64,000 bases of DNA from an uncultured Alphaproteobacteria bacterium (GTDB lineage Bacteria > Pseudomonadota > Alphaproteobacteria > Rhizobiales > Xanthobacteraceae): the NCBI GenBank assembly GCA_963708765.1, contig CAVPTV010000007.1, forward strand, positions 240,056 to 304,055, in the 5' to 3' direction. Both the position numbers and the translations under genes were made by a program. Below, in pieces: positions 45,038 through 55,400 of this stretch. The notes under the pieces were generated by a model. It ran no database searches. It was not told where the DNA came from and saw only the letters and a program-made list of their open reading frames with translations. How positions within the stretch are numbered: the stretch's first letter is position 1; each line of letters opens with the position of its first letter.

Positions 45038-46048
45038 ATGCGCGCACGCGGTTTGAGCCGAATTGCAGCCTTGTCCGTCTTCGCCATCCTCGCCGCCGAG
45101 CCGGCTCATGCACAGCAGAGCGAGGACGTCGTGCTGGCGGTGCCCAACGTGGCGCTGACCTTCGCGCCCGGCTATCTGGCGGAAGACTTGGGCCTGTTCG
45201 CCAAGCAGGGGCTCAACCTCAAGAGCGTGGTGATCTCAGGCATCGGCTCCGCCAACGCGGTGATCTCGGGCAGCGCGGACTTCGCCCAGATTTCGGGGGC
45301 GACGCTGACGCGCGCGGCGGCGCGCGGCCAGCGCATGCTCGCGATCGTCAGCACGCTCAACCGGCCGACGATCCAGATCGTGCTGCGCAAGGAGATCGCG
45401 GCGGCGGCGGGCTTCGACCCGAAGGCAACGCTCGACAAGCGTGCGCAGGTCATGCGCGGACGCACCATCGCGGTCGACTCGATCAATTCGGTGATCCATG
45501 GCTACGTGCTGCTGGTGGCGCGGCGCGCCGGCTACAGCGCCGACGACATCCGCATTGCGCCGATGGCGCCCACCAACGCGATCGCGGCGTTCCAGACCCG
45601 GCAGGTCGACGGCTTCGCGATGTCGATGCCGTGGCCGCTGCAGCCGGTGCTCGACGGCAGCGCGGTGGTGATCGCGAGCGGCTCCGACGGCGATCCCGCC
45701 GACATGTATCCGTTCGGGCACAACGTGTTCGTCGCCAAGCCCGAGACCTGCGAGAAGCGCAAGTCCGCCTGCGTGAAGCTCGGCCGGGCGATGACCGAGG
45801 CGATGACGTTGATGCTCGACCGTCCGGACGACGCCTTGGCGGCGCTCAAGAAACGCTTCGCGACCTTCGACGAGAAGCTGCTGGCGGCCGGCTTTGCCGA
45901 GATCCGCAAGGGCGCGCCGCGGCCGCCGGCGGTCACCAAGGCCGACCTGGAGAACGCCGAGCTGTTCAATATCGGCGCCGGGTTGCTCAAGCCGGAGGAG
46001 AAGCTCAAATCCTACGACGGCCTCTACACCGACGAGTATGTGCGTTGA
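45038..46048 (+). CDS. NMT1/THI5-like (NitT/TauT family) ABC substrate-binding protein, copy A.
   Basis: Intact ORF. The signal peptide is MRARGLSRIAALSVFAILAAEPAHA. It is a paralogue of the next gene, sharing blocks SGSADF, TLTRAAARGQRMLAI, RGRTIAV, ETCEKRKS and KLKSYDGL. Confidence 0.75.
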   Translation: MRARGLSRIAALSVFAILAAEPAHAQQSEDVVLAVPNVALTFAPGYLAEDLGLFAKQGLNLKSVVISGIGSANAVISGSADFAQISGATLTRAAARGQRMLAIVSTLNRPTIQIVLRKEIAAAAGFDPKATLDKRAQVMRGRTIAVDSINSVIHGYVLLVARRAGYSADDIRIAPMAPTNAIAAFQTRQVDGFAMSMPWPLQPVLDGSAVVIASGSDGDPADMYPFGHNVFVAKPETCEKRKSACVKLGRAMTEAMTLMLDRPDDALAALKKRFATFDEKLLAAGFAEIRKGAPRPPAVTKADLENAELFNIGAGLLKPEEKLKSYDGLYTDEYVR

Positions 46049-46050
46049 CC

Positions 46051-47059
46051 ATGCGGTTCCGTACGCTCGCCCCCCTTGCGGTCCTTCGCCGCGTGCGTCC
46101 TCGGCTCGCCGCCGCTGTGCGCGCAACAAGCCGCGCCCGAAGACGTCACCATGGCGGTGCCGAACATCACGTTCAACCTCACCGCCACGTTCATCGCCGA
46201 TGAGCTCGGCCTGTGGGCCAAGCACGGCCTGCGCTTCAAGATGATCCAGGTCACCGGCATCGGCGCCGCCAACGCGGTGATCTCCGGCAGCGCCGACTTC
46301 TCGCAGGGCGGCGGCTCGACGCTCACCCGCGCGGCGGCGCGCGGACAGCGCATGCTCGCGATCGCCAGCACCGCCGACCGCAACATCGTCGCCATCACGC
46401 TGCGCAAGGAATTCGCGTCAGGCTTCGACCCGAAGGCGCCGCTCGAGCAGCGCGCCAAGCTGCTGCGCGGCCGCACCATCGCGGTCGGCGCCATCCAGGC
46501 CAATCCGCACGCCTATCTGCGGGTGATCGCGGCGCGCGGCGGCATCGATCCCGAGAGCATCCGCGTCACCGCGATGGAAGGCAACGCCATGCTGGGGGCG
46601 TTCCAGACCAGGAGCATCGACGGCATGTCGTCGAGCCCGCCCTACCCGCTCAAGCCGGTGGTCGACGGCGCCTCCGTCGTCATCGCCAGCGGGCCCGACG
46701 GCGATCCGCCGAACGCGATCCCGTTCGCCTACAATATCGTGATGGCGCGGCCCGACACCTGCGAGAAGCGCAAGTCGGTGTGCCAGAAGATCGGCCGGGT
46801 GTTCAACGAGGCGCTCGCCTACCTGCATGCGCATCCGCAGGAGACCATCGCGATCCTGCAGAAGCGGTTTGCGGCGCTCGAGCCCGCGCTGATCGCGTCG
46901 GCGTTCGAGGAGATCCGCAAATCGACCCCCCGCACCGCGGTGGTGACGCAGGAATCGATCGAGAACGCCGACGACTTCAACGTGGCGGGCGGGCTGATGA
47001 AGGCCGCGGACAAGCTCAAGTCCTACGACGGGCTGTTCACCAACGACTATGTGAGGTGA
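46051..47059 (+). pseudogene. NMT1/THI5-like ABC substrate-binding protein, copy B (tandem paralogue). Frameshift in a C6 run at 46070-46075.
   Basis: ATG 46051 (MRFRTLAP) shifts into ORF 46076..47059 (LRSFAACVLGSPPLCAQQ...). The body is otherwise intact and collinear with copy A. Confidence 0.75.
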
Positions 47060-47322
47060 GCCGGCGTAGTTGCAGGGCAGCCCTGGCTGGCCCTCCGCTC
47101 CGGCGACACAAAGTAGGCTCATCGGCCGAATGCGGCCGATGCATTCGGCCCGATCGGCGAAAAATCGCCGACACGACCGATTGCCTCGCGGCGCGCATGC
47201 GCGCAACGCACTCAATTCGCTGCAGATATTTTCAAGACGACGCGCTGACCCGCTGGCACGCCAGTTGCTGATAGCTCAAGGCCAACTGGATCGTTGCTTC
47301 GTGCTGCGAAAGGGAGATCGTC

Positions 47323-47526
47323 GTGTCCATCATCGTCTACTATGTGGTCTTCATGATTGTCGGCGACTTCGCCGCATATTTCATTGGTCTGTTCGTCGAG
47401 TATGAATGGGGGTCGCAGCCGAGCCTCATCGTTTTTGTGGCGCTCTATTTTCTGTTCCTGTGGGTATCGTGGGTGCTTGCGGTCTGGATGACCAAACCAG
47501 AGGAGATCGCGGAGGCTGCGGGTTAG
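47323..47526 (+). CDS. Small hydrophobic protein (67 aa, 2 predicted TM helices).
   Basis: A GTG start follows SD aagggaga. The product is MSIIVYYVVFMIVGDFAAYFIGLFVEYEWGSQPSLIVFVALYFLFLWVSWVLAVWMTK. The codon usage is visibly less GC-rich than in the neighbouring genes. Confidence 0.45.
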   Translation: MSIIVYYVVFMIVGDFAAYFIGLFVEYEWGSQPSLIVFVALYFLFLWVSWVLAVWMTKPEEIAEAAG

Positions 47527-47527
47527 A

Positions 47528-48271
47528 TTACCCGCCCTTCATCGGCACCGTGCTGGGCGGACGCCGAAGAAACGTCGTCGCATAGGCGTAGCCGTACCAG
47601 CGCAGGTAAGCCGGCAGCCATCGCAGCACGCGAAAGCGGCTCTCGCCGTGCTTGCGCTCGAACCACCACGCCGGCACCTCGTCGATCTTCCAGCCGAGCC
47701 GATGACACTTCACCAGCAGCTCGATGCTGTAGCAGAAGCCGCGATCGGACTCGATTGCGATCTGGTCGATCACCCGGCGCGAGAACAAGCGGAAGCCGAC
47801 GCTGGCGTCCCGGGTCGGCAGGCGCGCCACATGATAGAGCGTGAAGTTGGCGCTGCGCAGCAGCACGCCCTTGAGCCAGGGACAGCCCACCATGCCGCCT
47901 CCCGGCATGAACCGGCTGGCGCAGACGATGTCGCATCCGTCCTTCGCCAGCGCCACCATGCGGTCGAGGATCGCGGCGTTGTAGTCGTCGTCGGCCGGAT
48001 ACATCATGACGAAGGGCGCCGTGCTGGCCGCAAAGCCGGTCATCACCGCCTGGTGCACGCCGCGCCCGCTGTTGCGCACCAGCTCGACCGCGAGGCCGGC
48101 GTAGACCTCGGGGTTGTTGCGCACGGCCGGCAGGGTGTCGTCGTCCGGCATGTCGTAGCAGATCAGCACCCGCGACGGCGTCCTCACCTCGCGCGCCAGC
48201 GCCGCCAGCACCGAGAGGATGTTGCGGCCTTCGTTGTAGACCGGGATGACGATGTCGAGTTGGACGATCAC
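47528..48271 (-). CDS. Family 2 glycosyltransferase (polyprenol-phosphate sugar transferase-like).
   Basis: Intact 247-aa ORF. It shows IVIPVYNEGRNI, the DxD-like segment YPADDDY, and FRLFSRR. Confidence 0.75.
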   Translation of the reverse strand: MIVQLDIVIPVYNEGRNILSVLAALAREVRTPSRVLICYDMPDDDTLPAVRNNPEVYAGLAVELVRNSGRGVHQAVMTGFAASTAPFVMMYPADDDYNAAILDRMVALAKDGCDIVCASRFMPGGGMVGCPWLKGVLLRSANFTLYHVARLPTRDASVGFRLFSRRVIDQIAIESDRGFCYSIELLVKCHRLGWKIDEVPAWWFERKHGESRFRVLRWLPAYLRWYGYAYATTFLRRPPSTVPMKGG

Positions 48272-48294
48272 CTGCGCCCGTCCTTGCTCGATCC

Positions 48295-49143
48295 TTAAGC
48301 GCGTTCGTCCACCACGCGGCTGCGCAAGGTGCCGATGCCGGAAATCTCGACCTCGAGCACGTCGCCCGGCTTCATCCAGAGCGGCGGGGTGCGGCGGTGG
48401 CCGACGCCCTCCGGCGTGCCGGTGGCGATCACGTCGCCCGGAACCAGCGGCGTGAAGTCCGAGCAGAAGGCGATGATCTGCGGCACCGAATAGATCAAAA
48501 GGTCGGTGCCGGACTTCTGCACCTCCTTGCCGTTGAGGCGAGTGGTCAGGGTCAGGCGGGTCGGGTCCGTGATCTCGTCGGTGGTGACGATCCAGGGCCC
48601 GAGCGGACCGGTGCCGGGGAAATTCTTGCCCGAGGTGACGGAGAATTTCTGGTAGTCGCGCACGCTGCCGTCGACGAAGCAGGTGTAGCCGGCGACGTGC
48701 TCGAGCGCGCGCTCGACCGGAATATGCCGGCCGGCGCGGCCGATCACGACCGCAAACTCGCCCTCGAAGTCGAAATGCTGCGACACCGACGGGCGGATCA
48801 GCTCGCCGTCATGGCCGGTGAGCGTGTTGGCGAGCCGGATGAACATGCTCGGCTGCTTGGGCAGCTCACGCCCGGTCTCGGCGGCGTGCGAGCGGTAGTT
48901 GATGCCGGCACAGAGGATCTTCTCGGGGTTCGGGATCGCCGGCAGGAAGCGCACGTCCGCGAGCTTGTGGTCGGGACGCGCATCCTTGGCGGCGGCGCGG
49001 ATCGCCGCCAGCCCGTCCGCCGTGAGCGCGTCGCGCAGGCTCCCGTAGCGGCCGTCGAGCCGCCCATTCATCGTGACCACGCCGTCGCCGGTCACCACCC
49101 CGAACGCATCCTTGCCGTCCGCCACATAGCTCGCGAGCTTCAT
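48295..49143 (-). CDS. Fumarylacetoacetate hydrolase (FAH) family protein.
   Basis: Intact 282-aa ORF. The motifs KILCAGINYRSH, DFEGEFAVVIG and GDVIATGTPEGVG are typical of the FAH fold. Confidence 0.8.
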   Translation of the reverse strand: MKLASYVADGKDAFGVVTGDGVVTMNGRLDGRYGSLRDALTADGLAAIRAAAKDARPDHKLADVRFLPAIPNPEKILCAGINYRSHAAETGRELPKQPSMFIRLANTLTGHDGELIRPSVSQHFDFEGEFAVVIGRAGRHIPVERALEHVAGYTCFVDGSVRDYQKFSVTSGKNFPGTGPLGPWIVTTDEITDPTRLTLTTRLNGKEVQKSGTDLLIYSVPQIIAFCSDFTPLVPGDVIATGTPEGVGHRRTPPLWMKPGDVLEVEISGIGTLRSRVVDERA

Positions 49144-49146
49144 CCG

Positions 49147-49959
49147 TCACAGCTCCATTTCGCGATCGACCGGGCGCCACCTCAGCGCCCGGCGTTCGAT
49201 GATATTCACCACCACATTGATCAATAGCACGAGCGTGGTCGCGATCACGATGCCGGCGAACACTCCGACCGTATCGGCGACCTGGCGCGAATGCTCGATG
49301 TAGTGACCGACCCCCTCCGAGGCGACCAGGAACTCGCCCACGATGGTGGCGCTGACCGCGCGCGGCATGGCCACTTTCAGTCCGGTGAAGAAGAACGGCA
49401 ACAGCGATTTCCAGATGATCTCGCGCGAAATCACGGCCTCGCTGGCGCCGACGATGCGCGCCATGTTGATCAGCCGCTGATCGACCGCGCGGATGCCCGA
49501 CGAGGTCGTGATGAACACGATGTAGAACACCATCAGCACCACGACCACGAGCTTCGGCATGTCGCCGATGCCGAACCAGAGAATGAGCCACGGCGCCAGC
49601 GCGTATTTGGGAATCCCCATCGTGGCCATGATGTAGGGCTCGACCGCGTCGGTCACGCGCGGCGAGCGGCGCAACAGGAACGGCAGCAGCACGCCGGCCA
49701 CGCAGGCGATCACGAAGCCGAGCGCCGCCACCCGCAGGGTGGCGACGATGTCGGTCACGAGCTTCCCGCTCTGGGCCAGCTCCCCGATCCGCACCAGCAC
49801 GCCGAGCGGCGGCGCGAAGAAGATGGTGCCGAGCGTTCGCGCACTGATCTCCCAGGCCAGCAGCAGCAACAGCGCCAGCAGCACCCGGCCGCCGAGCACG
49901 ATCCATTTGCGCGGCAGTTGCGGCGCTTCGGCAATCGTCGGGGCGGCGAGCTCGGTCAT
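49147..49959 (-). CDS. NitT/TauT-family ABC transporter permease.
   Basis: Starts at MTELAAP (49959) within ORF 49147..50169. It has multiple TM segments and the EAA-like region SSGIRAVDQRLINMARIVGAS. Confidence 0.8.
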   Translation of the reverse strand: MTELAAPTIAEAPQLPRKWIVLGGRVLLALLLLLAWEISARTLGTIFFAPPLGVLVRIGELAQSGKLVTDIVATLRVAALGFVIACVAGVLLPFLLRRSPRVTDAVEPYIMATMGIPKYALAPWLILWFGIGDMPKLVVVVLMVFYIVFITTSSGIRAVDQRLINMARIVGASEAVISREIIWKSLLPFFFTGLKVAMPRAVSATIVGEFLVASEGVGHYIEHSRQVADTVGVFAGIVIATTLVLLINVVVNIIERRALRWRPVDREMEL

Positions 49960-50753
49960 TGGATGGCGGCCCGGATGCGTTCGTAGACGGCGGCGAAACC
50001 CTCGAGCGCGAAGATGTCGTGCACGTTGCGCGGGCGCGGGATCGGGATCGCGTGCTCGGCGGCGATACGCGCCGGCTGGCGGCTCAGCACCAGGGCACGG
50101 TCGCCGAGCGCGATCGCCTCGGTGATGTCGTGGGTGACGAAGATGATGGTCTTGCGGCCGAGGCTCCACAGGTTGAGCAGGTCGGCCTGCAGCTGCGTGC
50201 GGGTCTGCGCGTCGACGGCGGCGAACGGCTCGTCCATCAGGATCATCGGCGGGTCGTAGGCGAGCGTGCGGATGAGCGAAGCGCGCTTGCGCATGCCGCC
50301 GGAGAGCTCATGCGGATAATAGCGCTCGTAGCCGGCAAGCCCGACCGCGCCGATCAGCATCTGCGCATGCGCCCGGGTCTCGTCGTTGAGCCGGCCCTGC
50401 ACCTCGATCGGGAACAGCACGTTGTCGATGGTGGTGCGCCACGGCAGCAGGTTGTCGTCCTGCGTCACGTAGCCGATGCGGCGATCGAAGCCCGGCCGCA
50501 GGCTGCGCGGATCGTGCGTCGCCACCGCCTGGCCGTTGAAGGCGATCTCGCCCGCGGTCACGGTGTCGATCTGGGCGATCATGTTGAGCAAGGTCGACTT
50601 GCCGGCGCCCGACGGCCCGACGATGGTCAGGAACTCGCCCGGGCTGACCGTGAACGAGAGCCCCTGGATCACCCACGGCGGCGGCTCGCGGCCCGCCCGC
50701 GCCGGAAAGCGCTTGCCGAGGCTCTTGATCTCGAGCACGGGCGCGTCCGTCAT
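49956..50753 (-). CDS. NitT/TauT-family ABC transporter ATP-binding protein.
   Basis: Starts at MTDAPVLEIKSL (50753). It shows Walker A GPSGAGKST, signature LSGGMRKR and Walker B ILMDEPF. Its end overlaps the downstream start by 4 nt. Confidence 0.85.
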   Translation of the reverse strand: MTDAPVLEIKSLGKRFPARAGREPPPWVIQGLSFTVSPGEFLTIVGPSGAGKSTLLNMIAQIDTVTAGEIAFNGQAVATHDPRSLRPGFDRRIGYVTQDDNLLPWRTTIDNVLFPIEVQGRLNDETRAHAQMLIGAVGLAGYERYYPHELSGGMRKRASLIRTLAYDPPMILMDEPFAAVDAQTRTQLQADLLNLWSLGRKTIIFVTHDITEAIALGDRALVLSRQPARIAAEHAIPIPRPRNVHDIFALEGFAAVYERIRAAIQ

Positions 50754-50755
50754 GG

Positions 50756-51533
50756 TCAGTCTCCCACGTCGACCATGACGGCGGTCTGCGGGCGCCAGCG
50801 CAACAGGACTCGCTCGGTGGAATTGACGATCCAGTTGGCGGCGTGGACGATGAGGGTGGCCATCAGGATCGCGGCGAACACCGAGGTGGTGTCGAAGTTC
50901 ATCGCGCCGGTCTGCACCAGGTAGCCGAGCCCGCGGTTCGACGAGATCAGCTCGGCGATGATGGCGCCGCCGATCGCGTACGGCACGGCGATGCGGAAGC
51001 CGGCGAAGATATGCGGCACCGCGGCCGGAAACACGATATGGCGCGCCACGTGCCGCTCGCTGGCGCCGGCGATCTGCGCCATCTGCACCAGCTTGGGATC
51101 GAGCGCGCGCACGCCCGACAGCGTGTTGAAATAGACGATGAAGAACACCACGCTCGCCACCAGGGCGATCTTCGATTCGATGCCGATGCCGAACCAGAGA
51201 ATGAACAGCGGCGCGAAGGCGAGCTTGGGGGCGCCGTAGCCGCCGACCATGAACGGATCGAGGATGGCGACCAGCAGCGGGTGCCGCCGCAGCAGGAACG
51301 GCAGCAGCACCGCCGGCACGCCGCCGACCAGCGCGCCGCAGACGCGATTCCCAGATCGTGTAGCTCGACTGGCGGATCAGCTCACCGCTGACAATTTGCG
51401 CGACGAAGCGCGACGCCACCGCCCACGGCGAGCTCAGCCAGTACGGCCCCACCATGGCGCTGCCGATCTGCCATGCCGCCAGGATGATGACGAGCACGAG
51501 CAGCCGGTCCGCGGTGGTGCGCCATCGGGTCAT
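50756..51533 (-). pseudogene. NitT/TauT-family ABC transporter permease. One frameshift near 51344.
   Basis: The N-part, MTRWRTTADRLLVLVIILAAWQIG..YTIWES, joins ORF 50756..51319 as VCGALVGGVPAVLLPFLLRR... Confidence 0.75.
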
Positions 51534-51555
51534 TGTCGAGCTCGGGCGCCATCGC

Positions 51556-51577
51556 CCCTCTCCCTGCGGGGAGGGGG
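51556..51577. repeat. C-rich/G-rich REP hairpin (CCCCTCCCC family).
   Basis: ccctctccc (51556-51564) pairs with gggaggggg (51569-77) around the loop tgcg. The 9-bp stem includes one G-U pair. Confidence 0.7.
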
Positions 51578-51645
51578 TGACGGTGTTCGCGGGCCCACCT
51601 CGCCAGCCACAATGCGCACAGGCGGCTCGATTCATCGGCTCGTTG

Positions 51646-52626
51646 TTACTGCCCATACACTGGCACGAACAGGTCGTCGATCGGAATGGGCGCTTTGATC
51701 AGCGACTGCTCGGCCATGTAGCGCACCAGCGCCTCGAGCGTCGGCCGATTGGGCTCGACCCCGTAGGGCCAGGGATCGCCGTCGAACACCGCGTCGATCA
51801 CGTCGAGCTCGGCGGTCATGCCGGGCAGCATGTAGCGCAACGCGCCGGTGTCGCGCATCTTCGCGAGCGCCAGGTCCTTGGCGGCGTTCATCGCCGCATA
51901 GAGGCTCGAGGCAATGAACGGATGCCGCTCATAGACGTCGCGGCGCATGGCGACGAGATGCATGATCGGGAAGATGCGCGTGCGCTTGAACAACTCCAGC
52001 TCGACGGCGTGGAAATTCGCAAACAGCCGCTGCACGTCCGGATTGGTGCGCAGCGCATCGGGCAGACCGCTGCCGATGATCGCCTGGATCTCGTTTCCTT
52101 CGAGCAACTCGCTGAGCGAGCGGCCCGACCTGTTCTGCTCGATCGACACCGGCTCGAGCAGCGACGGTGCCGCCGGGTTGCCGTGCGACTGCGCGCTGTT
52201 GGTGGCGCCCTGCACCCAATGCACGCCCGAGAGATCGACCCCGTATTCGTCCTGCAGCATGCCGCGGATGAAGACCGCCGCGGTCTGGGTGTAGAGCGGG
52301 ACGCCGATGCGCTTGCCTTCGAGGTCCTTCGGGGTCTTGACCGCCTTGCGGTTGACCGTGACGAAGCCGTGCCGGAACACGCGCGAGGGAAACACCGGCA
52401 GCGCGACCATCTCGCGGCGCCCGGCCGCGAACCGGCTGAACACCTCGGAGCTCGACATTTCGCAGGCGTCGAAATCGAGGCTCCTGCCCATGCGGTCGAA
52501 GATCTGCCGCGGATTGTCGATCGCCAGAAAATTGAGATCGATGCCGTCGGCTTGCACTTCGCCGGTATAGAGCGCCAGCATGCGGTCATAGAGGCCGCAG
52601 GCGAACGTGATCGGAACTTTGGGCAT
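51646..52626 (-). CDS. Cytoplasmic SBP-fold protein of the 4,5-dihydroxyphthalate decarboxylase (PhtD)-like family.
   Basis: Intact 326-aa ORF with no signal peptide. The start, MPKVPITFACGLYDRMLALYTGEVQADGIDLNFLAIDNPRQIF..CEMSSSE, resembles the PhtD N-terminus. This family assignment comes from memory of the motif pattern. Confidence 0.55.
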   Translation of the reverse strand: MPKVPITFACGLYDRMLALYTGEVQADGIDLNFLAIDNPRQIFDRMGRSLDFDACEMSSSEVFSRFAAGRREMVALPVFPSRVFRHGFVTVNRKAVKTPKDLEGKRIGVPLYTQTAAVFIRGMLQDEYGVDLSGVHWVQGATNSAQSHGNPAAPSLLEPVSIEQNRSGRSLSELLEGNEIQAIIGSGLPDALRTNPDVQRLFANFHAVELELFKRTRIFPIMHLVAMRRDVYERHPFIASSLYAAMNAAKDLALAKMRDTGALRYMLPGMTAELDVIDAVFDGDPWPYGVEPNRPTLEALVRYMAEQSLIKAPIPIDDLFVPVYGQ

Positions 52627-52767
52627 GGCGATTTCGGCTCCCCGCGCGGGCGTTGCAGCGCAAATGCTCGATTATTCCCCGCTTCCACTATAATGGGCCA
52701 TCTCGCGTGATACTCAAAAGGACTTGGCCCGAAAGGACCATCTGGCGTTGGCCGAAAGGACGTATCG

Positions 52768-53644
52768 ATGACGCCGCCCGTCGCCCCTCGATCTGCGCAG
52801 CATGCTCACGCCCGGCGCGGCCCTGCTGCTGCCCGGAGTGAGCAACGCGCTCGCCGCGCGCGTGGTCGCCGATCTGGGGTTCCCGGCCGCGTATGTGACC
52901 GGAGCGGGCATCGCCAATACGTTTCTCGGCCTGCCCGACAACGGGCTGGTGACCATGACGGAGCTGGTCGAGCACGTGGCGGCGATCCGCGACGCCTTCC
53001 CGGGCCCGCTGGTGGTCGACATGGACACCGGCTTCGGCAACGCGCTCAACACCCAGCGGGCGGTGCGGGCGCTGGAACGGGCGGGCGCCAACGCGCTGCA
53101 GATCGAGGATCAGGTGTTCCCGAAACGCTGCGGGCACTTCGCCGGCAAGGAGGTGATCCCGGCCGCCGAGATGGTGGCAAAGATCAAGGCGGCGGTGGAT
53201 GCGCGCTGGGAGGACGATCTGCTGATCGTCGCGCGCACCGACGCGATCGCGACCGACGGCTTCGAGGCGGCGCTCGAGCGCGCCACCGCCTACCGGGAGG
53301 CCGGCGCCGACGTGACCTTCGTGGAGGCGCCGACCACCCTCGAGGAGATGGCCGACATCCCGCGCCGGCTGCCGTGGCCGCAGCTCGCCAACATCGTGCT
53401 CGGCGGGCGCACGCCCGAGTTGACCAACGAGAAGCGCAAGGAATTGGGCTTCGCCGGGGTGATCTATGCCAATGTCGCGCTGCAAGCCTCGCTGTTGGGA
53501 ATGCAGGCCGCCCTGGGCGAGCTCCGGCGCAAGGGCCAGATGGGCGACGCCACCAAACTGGTGGTCGATTTCTCCGAGCGGCAGCGGCTGGTGCACAAGG
53601 ATGAATTCGATGCGCTGGAGCGCAAATATGCCGCGAAGCACTGA
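52768..53644 (+). pseudogene. Isocitrate lyase/PEP mutase superfamily enzyme (methylisocitrate lyase/oxaloacetate decarboxylase-like). Probable frameshift in the C4 run at 52784-52787.
   Basis: ORF 52802..53644 is intact from MLTPGAALLLPGVSNALAARV. It shows DMDTGFG, IEDQVFPKRCGH and ARTDA. Homologues have ~10 more N-terminal residues, which ATG 52768 (MTPPVA) would supply after a +1 step. Confidence 0.7.
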
Positions 53645-53678
53645 ACTCGCGGGCCAGCGAGAGCGTCGAGGTCAGCGC

Positions 53679-55322
53679 ATGACCGAGCGGACACCGGTCC
53701 TGATCGTCGGCGCCGGCCCGGTCGGGCTCGCGCTCGCCGGCGATCTCGGCTGGCGCGGCGTGCCCTGCATGCTGATCGAGAAAACCGACGGCGCCATCGA
53801 GCATCCGAAGATGGACATCGTCGGCCCGCGCACCATGGAATTCTGCCGGCGCTGGGGCATCGCCGACTGGGTCAGGGACGCGCCCTATCCGGGCGACTAT
53901 CCGCAGGACTGCATCTACGTCACCGGCCTCAACGGCTACGAGCTGGGGCGCGAGCCCTTCCCGGCCCGCGCGCTGGAAAAGTGCCCGCCGCAGAGCCCGC
54001 AGAAGCGCGAGCGCGCGCCGCAGGACATGTTCGACCCGATCCTGCAGCGCTTCGTGCGCACGCTGCCGGCGGTGACGCTGCGCTACCACACCGAGCTGAT
54101 CGGGTTCGAGGAGACCGCGGGCGAGGTGATCGCGACCGTGCGCGACCTCCGCAGCGGCGCAGACCACGCAAATCGCCGCCGACTATCTGGTCGGCACCGA
54201 CGGCGGCGCCAGCCTGGTGCGCGAGCGCGCCGGCATCACCATGAGCGGCAACCCGGCGCTGACCTACACCACCAACGTGATCTTCCGCTGCGCCGATTTC
54301 CCGTCGCTGCACGACAAGGGCAAGGGCTACCGCTTCATCTTCATCGGGCCGGAGGGCACCTGGCTGACCATCGTGGCGATCAACGGCGGCGATCGCTTCC
54401 GCATGTCGATCGTCGGCTCGGCCGACAAGGTGGTCCACACCGAGGCCGACATCCACGCCGCGCTGCGGCGCGCCATGGGGCGTGAAGTGGGCCGCGACTT
54501 CGACTACGAGATCCTGTCGGTGCTGCGCTGGGTGCGGCGCGAGCTGGTCGCCGACCGCTATGGGACCGAGCGCGTGTTCATCGCCGGCGACGCCGCCCAT
54601 CTGATGTCGCCGACCGGCGGCTTCGGCATGAACACCGGCATCCAGGATGCGGTCGATCTCGGCTGGAAGCTCGAAGCAACGGTGCGCGGCTGGGCCGGCC
54701 GGGAGCTGCTTGCGCTCCTACGAGAGCCGAGCGCCGTCCGGTCGCCATCCGCAACGTCACCGAGGCGAGCGGCAATCTCGGCCGCATGCTCTCCACCCGC
54801 CAGCGCCGGCCGCCGCCGGAAATCTTCGAGCCCGGCGCGGCGGGCGATGCCGCCCGCAAGGAGTATGGCGCCTGGTTCACCGAAACGATGAAGCGGGAGT
54901 GGTACACGCTCGGCATCCATCTCGGCTACCGCTACGACGGCTCGCCGATCGTCTGGCCGGACGGCACGCCGGCGCCGCCGCTCGAGATCGCGACCTATAC
55001 GCAGACCGCGCGGCCGGGCGCGCGCGCGCCGCACGCCTGGCTGCCGGACGGGCGTTCGACGCTCGACCTGTTCGGCCGCGGCTTCACGCTGCTGGCGTTG
55101 GGCGCGGATGCGCCGCAAACAAGGGGCCTGCGCACCGCGGCGGCGCAGGCGGGCGTGCCGTTGCACGTGGTCGAGCTCGATCAGCCGCACGTCACCGAGC
55201 TCTATGGGCGCCGGCTCGTGCTGGTTCGTCCCGACGGGCACGTGGCGTGGCGCGCCGATGCCGAGCCGGAGGACGCGCGCGCGGTCATCGACGTCGTGCG
55301 CGGGGCGCGGTCGCTACGCTAG
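53679..55322 (+). pseudogene. FAD-dependent aromatic-ring monooxygenase (PheA/TfdB/MhpA-like). Three frameshifts.
   Basis: It shows the dinucleotide fold VLIVGAGPVGLALAGDLG, then LVGTDGGASLVR and AGDAAHLMSPTGGFGMNTGIQDAVDLGWKL. ORFs 53466, 54217 and 54786 join, with steps near 54158, 54709 and 54727 (..RELL-RSYES-ERRPVAIRNV..). Confidence 0.8.
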
Positions 55323-55400
55323 TCTACGGCAACCCAACCAAGAACAGGACGCGGCGGCCGACGGCGCCGCCGCCCAGACCAAGGCTCGAGGAGATCGGCC

